Assembly (NCBI GenBank): GCA_044370375.1
Contig: JBILVQ010000001.1
Coordinates: forward strand, 173-64,172
DNA from: Bacteroidia bacterium
GTDB lineage: Bacteria; Bacteroidota; Bacteroidia; UBA4408
Length of the DNA: 64,000 bases
Direction: 5' to 3'
Shown: positions 9,757-18,700 of the stretch, in pieces
Position numbering within the stretch: position 1 is the first letter of the stretch
Layout of the letters: each line of letters starts with the position of its first letter
Program-made: the position numbers and the translations under genes
The notes under the pieces: generated by a model
The model's database searches: none
What the model saw: only the letters and a program-made list of their open reading frames with translations
What the model was told of the DNA's origin: nothing

Positions 9757-12700
9757 ATGATGAACTTTAACCTGAAGTGTATTGCCAAAGAAAAATTCAT
9801 TCTCAAGAGTGTAATTTCTTGTTTTTTATGGGCATTTGCTTTTTCTGCCTTGCTTCTCAGCCCCAGAACTGCCGGTGCTACCGTCTTTAACGTGAATACG
9901 CTCGTGGATGGCGGTCCGGGCTCTCTAAGAGCCGCAATCCTGGCAGCCAACAATGATGGAACTGCTACTGCAGGTGCTCCGCATATTATCAATTTAACCG
10001 GACTCTCAGGAACCTTAACGCTTGATTCTGCCCTCAGAAATGTTGAAAACCACATCACTTTTAATGGTCCGTCCAACAACTCCTTAACCATCCGCAGAAA
10101 CCCCACAGCTCCCACTTTTTCTGTTTTCTTAATTAAACCCTTTTCTACACCAAACATCGTTGTTCGGATGAATAATTTAGTGGTTACAGAGGGTAATAGT
10201 TTAACCGGTGGAGGAATTTATGTGGAAGCTTCTACCCTTGTGATTAACCAGTGTCGTATTTTCCGAAACTTCTCAAGCAATGGTCTAGGCGGTGGTATTT
10301 GTATCAATGATGCGGAGGTGGAAATAAACAATTCCACCATTGATAATAACCGGAATTTGGCCGGTTTGGGTGGTGGTATTTACATGAATTTGGGTAGCCT
10401 CCTAATGAATAATTGTACGGTTTTCGGTAATCGTGCCTCCATTGGAGGAGGTATTGATAAGGCCGACATTGGGGCCATGGTCATCAATAACTGTACTTTT
10501 ACCAGAGACACTGCCGATGATATTGGTGGCGGTATTTACAATGATTTTGGTGTATTTGAATTGAACAACTCTATTGTTACTGGAAACCTTGGTGTTAATG
10601 GAGGAAATGATATTGTTCAGGGTGTTTTCTCCACTTTTGGTCATAATCTTATTGGGAATATCAATGGGGTGGTTTTCTTTGGTAACCAAACCGGAAACAC
10701 AGGTGCTGGCGTTAATGCTTCTTTTGTTTTAAATCAAACATTGGCCAACAATTCAGGTCCAACTCCAACCTGTGTGCTGGTGCCTTGCAGTCCGGCTATC
10801 GATAATGGAACCAGCAACGCTTATCCCTTACCCATCTCCTCTGCCACCGACCAAAGAGGAATCGTGCGGAGTAATTTCGGTACTGCTTTTGATATTGGCG
10901 CTGTAGAGTATAGCGGGCCTATTTCTTCCGATGTTTCAAGGTGTGGTCCGGGGCAGGTTACAATTACTGCATTTGCCGGCACCGCCTACCTTTGGTATGA
11001 TGCTCCAGTGGGTGGAAATTTGTTAGGTTTTGGCGCTAACTTTAACGTTAGTATTAACACTAGCACTACCATTTATTTGGCCGATTTTTTCAATGGTTGT
11101 GAATCAACAACAAGAATTCCTGTAAATGTAACCATCCTTCCCCTTGCTCCTCAACCTACAATTACACCCCTTGGGTCAACCACGTTTTGTGATGGAGGTT
11201 CTTTGGTGCTCGAGTCTAGTACTGATCCAACTTATGTGAGTTTTGATTGGGAGCCAGGAACAGGAACAGGACAAACCTTTCAGGTTACATCGGCCGGATC
11301 CTATACGGTTACCGTTGTAGATCTCAATGGATGTTCTGCAACCTCTAATCCGGTGCTTGTTACCGTTAATCCAAACCCTGTCCCGGTAATTACCTCAAGT
11401 GGTTCACTGAATTTGTGCAGTGGAACCACCGTTACTCTTGTTTCAAGCATCCCTTCAGGGAATTTGTGGAATACAGGTGAAACCAATGATAGTTTGGTAG
11501 TGAATACCGCAGGATCCTATTTTACCGTTGTAACCGATGCAAACGGATGCTCCGGCCAATCAAATACTATTGTTATTAATGCCGTTCCCGTTCCTCAAAC
11601 TCCTGTTATTTCTGCAAGCGGCCCTACAACTTTTTGTACCGGTGGTTCCGTTACACTTACTTCTAGCAGTGCAACCGGTAACCTTTGGGGACCCAATGGC
11701 GAAACAACACAAAGTATTGTTGTTAATACTTCCGGAACTTATTTTCTTACCGTTTCTGATGGCAATAATTGTGTTTCCGACACAGCTTTTGTTACCGTGG
11801 TGGTGAATAGTTTGCCCCAAGTTACGGTTAGTCCTGCCGGACCTGTAAACATTTGTCAGGGATCCTCTACGGTATTAACTTCCTCACAGCCTACTGGTAA
11901 TGTATGGTCTGATAATTCAACCGGAAACACGCTGACCGTGAGTGCTGCCGGAAGTTATTTTGTAACTTTTACTGACGGAAATGGTTGTTCTGCTGTTTCC
12001 AATACTGTCGTAGTTAATACAACAAACGCACCTACACCTCCGGTTATAACGGCCAATGGCCCGCTAACTTTCTGCGATGGCAATTCGGTAGTTCTTACAT
12101 CAAATATTGCTGCCAATATCTTGTGGTCAACGGGTGAAACAACGCAGTCCATCACCGTTGTCAATTCAGGCTCTTATACTGTTTCGGTAACCGTTAACGG
12201 GTGTTCCTCCACTTCACAACCTGTAAACGTTACAGTTACCCCGGGCCCTGTTGCAGCAGTAATTACTCCTTCAGGACCAATAACCTTTTGTGCAGGGTCT
12301 TCTGTAACACTTACTTCAGATATTGCCTCAGGCATTTTATGGTCAACCGGTGAAAGTACACAGTCAATTGTGGTTAATGCCTCCGGTTCCTATACCGTTT
12401 CAGTTACCGATGGCTCTGGTTGTACAACCGAATCTTTGCCGGTGGTAGTAACGGTTAATCCTTTGCCTACAACACCGGTCATTACTCCGTCAGGTCCTAC
12501 AACTTTCTGTTTTGGTCAAAGTGTAACGCTCACTTCTAGTTCGGCAACAGGTAATGTTTGGTCAACCGGCGAAACCACGCAATCTATTGTGGTAAGTAGT
12601 ACGCAGGTTATTACGCTAACCGTAACAGATAATAATCTTTGTTCTTCTACTTCCTTGCCTCTATCCATAACGGTCAACCCCCTTCCTCAAACACCAACCA

Positions 12701-15700
12701 TTACCCCCGGAGGTAATCCAACCTTTTGCTTAGGTGAATCAATTACCCTTACGTCAAGTCCTGCGGTTTCCTATTCATGGAGTCCTTCGGTTGGAACTTC
12801 TCAAACCATTACTGTCATTGCCAGTGGTTCCTATACGGTTACCATTACAGATATTAATGGCTGTACTGCTACTTCTAACCCATTTGCAGTTAATGTAAAC
12901 CAACCAACCCCTGTCAGCATTACAGGAGATAATACATTTTGTCAAGGTTCAACGGCTAATCTTTCAGCCAGTGCAGGTGTTTCCTGGCTGTGGTCAACAG
13001 GACAAACAACTCAAAATATCAGCGTTGCTCAAAGTGGTTCCTACACAGTGGAGATAATTGATGCGAACGGTTGTGCCTCTGTTTCTGCTCCCTTTGTTGT
13101 AACTGAATTATTGACGCCTAATCCTGTAGTAAACCCTGCAGGACCTATTCAGGCTTGTTCCAATGAGACGGTGGTTCTTACTTCCTCATTTGGTTCAGGG
13201 AATGTTTGGAGCAATGGTGAAACCACACAATCCATCAATGTTACTAGCTCTGGTAGTTATTTTACCGTAATCACCGGTAACAATGGTTGCATTGGCACCT
13301 CCAATATTGTAGAGGTAATTATTCTTCCGGCACCAACAGCCCCTGTGGTTACATCTTCAGGCTCAACCAATATTTGCACAGGATCATCTGTAACCCTTAC
13401 CTCAGATGTTGCAACAAATATTATTTGGAATACTGGTGAAACTACTCCTTCCATCAATGTTTCCCTTTCAGGTTCATATTTTGTTACTGTTACCGCTCCA
13501 AATGGATGTTCTTCTTCTTCTATTCCTGTAACCGTAGTGGTTGATCTTCCTCCTGCGGCACCCTTATTGCCAAGTCCAGTTTCACAATGTGGCGGCATCG
13601 TCACCCTTGATGCTGGTGCAGTAAATGCCGGTACCAGCTATTTGTGGAGTACTGGGGAAACAACCCAAACCATTGCGGTGAATGTTTCCGGAAATTATTT
13701 CGTTACCCTCACCAACAATTGTGGATCGGTAAATAGTAATACGGCTGTTGTTACTATTTTGCCTGTGCCGGTTGCTCCAATAATAACAGCGAATGGACCT
13801 ACCACTTTTTGTCAGGGTGGATCTGTTGATCTAACTTCTGATGTAGCTAGCAATATTCTGTGGAACAACGGTTCCAATGCTCAAACCATTTCGGTGAACC
13901 AAACAGGAAATTATTTTGTGGTGTTTACCGACGCGAATGGTTGCACTGCTGCCTCTAATGGTATTGATGTTATTGTTGATATTCCATTGCTTGCACCTGT
14001 TTTACCTACCAATATTAGCCAGTGTGGCGGTGGTTTGGTTTTAGATGCCGGTTTCTTTGGTGGTAGCACCAGCTATTTGTGGAGTACAGGAGAAACAACG
14101 CAGACCATTACCGTTAATGCTACAGGAACCTATTCTGTTGAAGTAACCAATGCTTGTGGTACAGTGACTTCAAACCTTGCCGATATCACCATTATTCCTT
14201 TGCCTCCTGCACCCGTAATTACTGCCAACGGGCCAACCACCTTTTGTCAGGGAGGTAGTGTTACACTTACCAGCAGTGCCCTAAGCAATAATCTTTGGAG
14301 CAATGGCGAAACAACACAATCCATTCTTGTTAATCAATCAGGAAATTATTCTGTAACCATTGCCGGTGTTAATGGTTGCTCCAGCAGTTCAAACACCATT
14401 ACCGTGATTGTCGACATCCCTCCGGTTGCTAGCAATTTGGGAGGTCCTTATGTACAATGCGGAGGTACAGTAACCCTTGATGCCGGAAATTCAGGTGGTT
14501 CAACCACCTTTTTATGGTCAAACGGTGAAACCACTCAAACGATAAATGTTGCCACCTCCGGTAATTATCAGGTAGTAATCACAAATTCTTGTGGATCGGT
14601 TACCAGTACAGTAGCTTTAGTTACCATTGAACCAGTACCTCCGGTTCCATCCATCCTTCCTAACGGCCCTGCTACCTTCTGTCAGGGAGGTCAGGTAACC
14701 TTAACCGCCTCTGTTGATCCATCTGTTGTTTCTTTGTTATGGAGTACAAGTGAAACTTCTAACTCCATTTCAGTAGCCACAACAGGCTCCTATACTGTTA
14801 CAGCATTTTCTGCCAATGGCTGCAGTGCAACCTCTTTACCAACAATTGTAACGGTTGATTTTCCTCCTGTTGCTCCAAATTTGGGTGGACCTTATAACCA
14901 ATGTGGAGGAACCGTGTTTTTGGAAGCCAATTTCTTTGGAGGATCCACCACCTATTTATGGAGCAATGGTGAAACAACACAAAGTATACTTGCAGCTACT
15001 TCCGGAAATTATTCGGTTACCATTACCAATTCATGTGGTTCTGTTACCAGTGCTCCTGCAACAGTAATCATTAATCCTTTGCCAACAACCCCATTAATCT
15101 CTGCCTCCGGGCCAACCAATTTTTGTCAAGGAGGCTCTGTTGATTTATCTGTGATTTTTGATCCATCGGTGACGTCTGTTTTATGGAGCACAGGTGAAAC
15201 CACAAACACTATTACGGTTTCAACCGGTGGAAGCTACTTTGTTACCGTTTTTGGTGCCAATAATTGCTCAAGCACCTCGGCACCAATAAATGTTAATGTT
15301 AACACGCTTCCAGTAAGCCCTGTATTGCCTGCAAGTATAAGCCAATGCGGTGGGTCGGTTACCCTCGATGCCGGTCCTGTGCAGCCCGGTAGCGTTTATG
15401 CATGGTCTAATGGCGAATCTACCCAAACAATTACGGTAACCGCCTCAGGAAACTATTTTGTTACCATCATTAATGCTTGTGGAACTGCTCTAAGTAATGT
15501 TTCACAGGTTGAAATTCTACAAGCACCTCCTGCACCTTTAGTAACAGCTTCTGGTCCTACCACTTTCTGTCAAGGAGCTTCTGTTGATTTGACTGCGAGC
15601 TTTTCGAATAACATCATTTGGAATACAGGAGAAACCACCCAAACAATTTCTGTAAGTCAATCAGGAAATTATTTTGTGGTTTTCACTGCTGCGAATGGTT

Positions 15701-18700
15701 GCACTTCATCTTCAATACCGGTTACTGTGATTGTTGATTTACCTCCGGTTGCACCCGTTTTACCACCAAGTATCACTCAATGCGGTGGTTCTGTTACGCT
15801 TGATGCCGGTTCTTTGGGAGGAAGTACTTCTTATTTATGGAGTAATGGGGCTACCACTTCTTCTATTACTGTTACCGTAAGTGGTAGTTATTCTGTTTTG
15901 GTTAGTAATTCATGCGGAACAGTTCTTTCAAATGTTTCTGTTGTTACGATTGAACCATTACCTCCGGCACCGGTTGTTACAGCCGGCGGACCAACAACCT
16001 TTTGCCAGGGAGGATCGGTAACCTTGAACAGTGATGTTTCTACCGGTATTGTATGGAGTAATGGTTCAACCGACCCTTCCATTGTTGTGTCGCAATCAGG
16101 CAACTATTTCGTAAGTGTAATTTCTGCAAATGGTTGTTCAAACTCTTCTAATATTGTTACCGTAATTGTTGATGTTCCGCCAACCGCACCCAATTTAGGC
16201 GGACCTTATGTTCAGTGCGGAGGACAGCTTACACTTTCGGCCGGTATACTGGGTGGAAGTACTACCTATTTATGGTCTAATGGTGAAACTACCCCTTCTA
16301 TTTCTGTAAACCAAAGCGGAAATTACAGTGTGGTGGTTACCAATTCTTGTGGAAGTGTAACAAGTACAACAGCAAATGTTACCATTAACCCCTTGCCAAC
16401 AACTCCAACCATTCAGGCCAACGGACCTATTTCATTTTGTGAGGGAAGCTCGGTTGATCTAACAGCGATTGTTGACAATACAGTGCTGGGATTGACTTGG
16501 AATACGGGAGAAACTACCAACACCATAACCGTTGATACATCAGGAGCCTATTTTGTAACTGTTTTTGGTGCCAACAATTGCAGCGCATCATCACTTCCGG
16601 TTACGGTTTCTGTTGATACGCTACCTACAGCTCCTGATTTAGGTGGACCCATCACCCAATGTGGTGGTACGGTAACCCTTGATGCAGGTTTCTTTGGAGG
16701 ATCTACGAATTATTTGTGGAGCAATGGTGAAACAACGCAAACAATTGTTGTAACCAGCTCTGGTTTATACTCCGTTGCCATCAGCAATAGTTGTGGTTCG
16801 GTCATTAGCAATCCTGTTGTAATTAATATTGAAACGCCTCCTGCTACACCTGTAATAGTGCCGAGCGGACCGCTTGATATTTGTTTAGGTTCTTCGGTTG
16901 ATTTAACCATCAATCCCGACCCAACAGTGGTTGCGGTATTGTGGAGCACAGGTGAAACCACCAACACCATCACCGTAAGTTCTGCTCAAGCAATATTTGT
17001 GACCGTAACCGATGCGAACGGTTGCTCAAGTATTTCTTTAACTGTCAATGTTAATGTGGATAATCCTCCGGTGGCCGTTGTTTTGCCGGATACCGTTGAT
17101 CAATGCGGTGGAACAGTAACCCTGGATGCAGGCTTGATTCCTTCCGGCTCAACCTACTTATGGAGCACCGGTGAAACAACCCAAACCATTGTGGTTGCAA
17201 ATAGTGGGGTTTTTAATGTTTCAGTTATTAATTCTTGTGGAACAGCCCTTAGTAATGATGTAGTAGTAAATTTGTTAGCTGCACCACCAATTCCAACCAT
17301 TACAGCATCTGGTCCTACAACCTTTTGTGTAGGTGATTCTGTGGGATTAACCGTGAGTAACGATCCTTTGGTAACTTCAATTCTTTGGAGTACCGGAGAA
17401 ACTACGCCTACCATTTTTGCTTCCACTCCCAATGCTTTAACCGTAACGGTTTCTTACGCCAACGGATGCAGCAGTTCTTCTTTACCAACCAGCATTGTGG
17501 TCCAAAACCCGCCGGTAGCGGCAGTTCTGGGTGGGCCATTTACTCAATGTGGAGGCACCTTAACACTCGATGCAGGTGTTATTCCTCCAGGAAGTGTTTA
17601 TGCTTGGAGCAATTCTGAAACAACGCAAACCATTACCGTATCGCAATCAGGAAATTATTTTGTTACCATTTCTAATTCCTGTGGTTCGATAACGAGTGAC
17701 ACAGCTGACGTAATCATTAATCAATTACCCAACACGCCTTTAATTACAAGCAGCGGTCCAACTACTTTCTGTATTGGAGACTCGGTGGTTTTGACCAGTA
17801 GTAATCCAAATAATAACCTTTGGTCGAATGGTCTAACAACCCAAAGTATTACGGTAGATACGGCCGGAACCTTCACTGTTTCTGTGGTTTCTGCCCCTGG
17901 ATGTTCAGCAACCTCCAATCCCATTACCATCGTGGTTCAAAATCCACTGGTGGCAGTTAATTTAGGTGGAGATGTTAATGAATGTGGCAGCAATGTAGTA
18001 TTGAATGCCGGCAATCCCGGATCAACATACACATGGACCGACCTTACAGGAAATAACATTTTAAGTCCGACCCAATCAGTAACCCTCGTTAATAGCGGCT
18101 TTGTTTTTGTTGTGGTAGAAAACGCTTGTAATAGTGTAACTTCCGATACCATTACAGTAACCATCAATGCATCCCCTGCCACTCCGGTAATTAATGTAAC
18201 CGGTTCGCTTACTTTCTGTGAAGGCGATTCTGTTTTGTTGGTTGCTTCTGGAGGCTCTTCTGTTGATTTAATAAACAACGGTGACTTTTCTTCCGGTGCC
18301 AATGGTTTCGTGTCTGACTACAATTTTTCTAACAACCTTATACCAGAGGCCACTTATAATGTGGGTCCGGATGCATCGGTTTTCCACCCCTCCTTTAATG
18401 GGTCAGGAAACAATGGAGGAAATTTTCTTGTAGTTAATGGCTCTTCCACACCGGGACAATCGGTATGGTCGCAAACCGTGAGTGTGCAACCAGGTGCATC
18501 TTATGATATTGGTCTTTTCCTCTCTTCTATGGTGGCCGGAAATCCTGGCGAGATTCAATTGAGAGTAGACGGAATAGACGTAGGTGCGGTGATGAACTGC
18601 CCTGGATCTATCAACACATGGGTTCCCTTTACACAAACGTGGACTGCAGGAGTTTCGCCTTTTGCCAATTTATCATTGCATAGTATGAGTTCAACTTCAG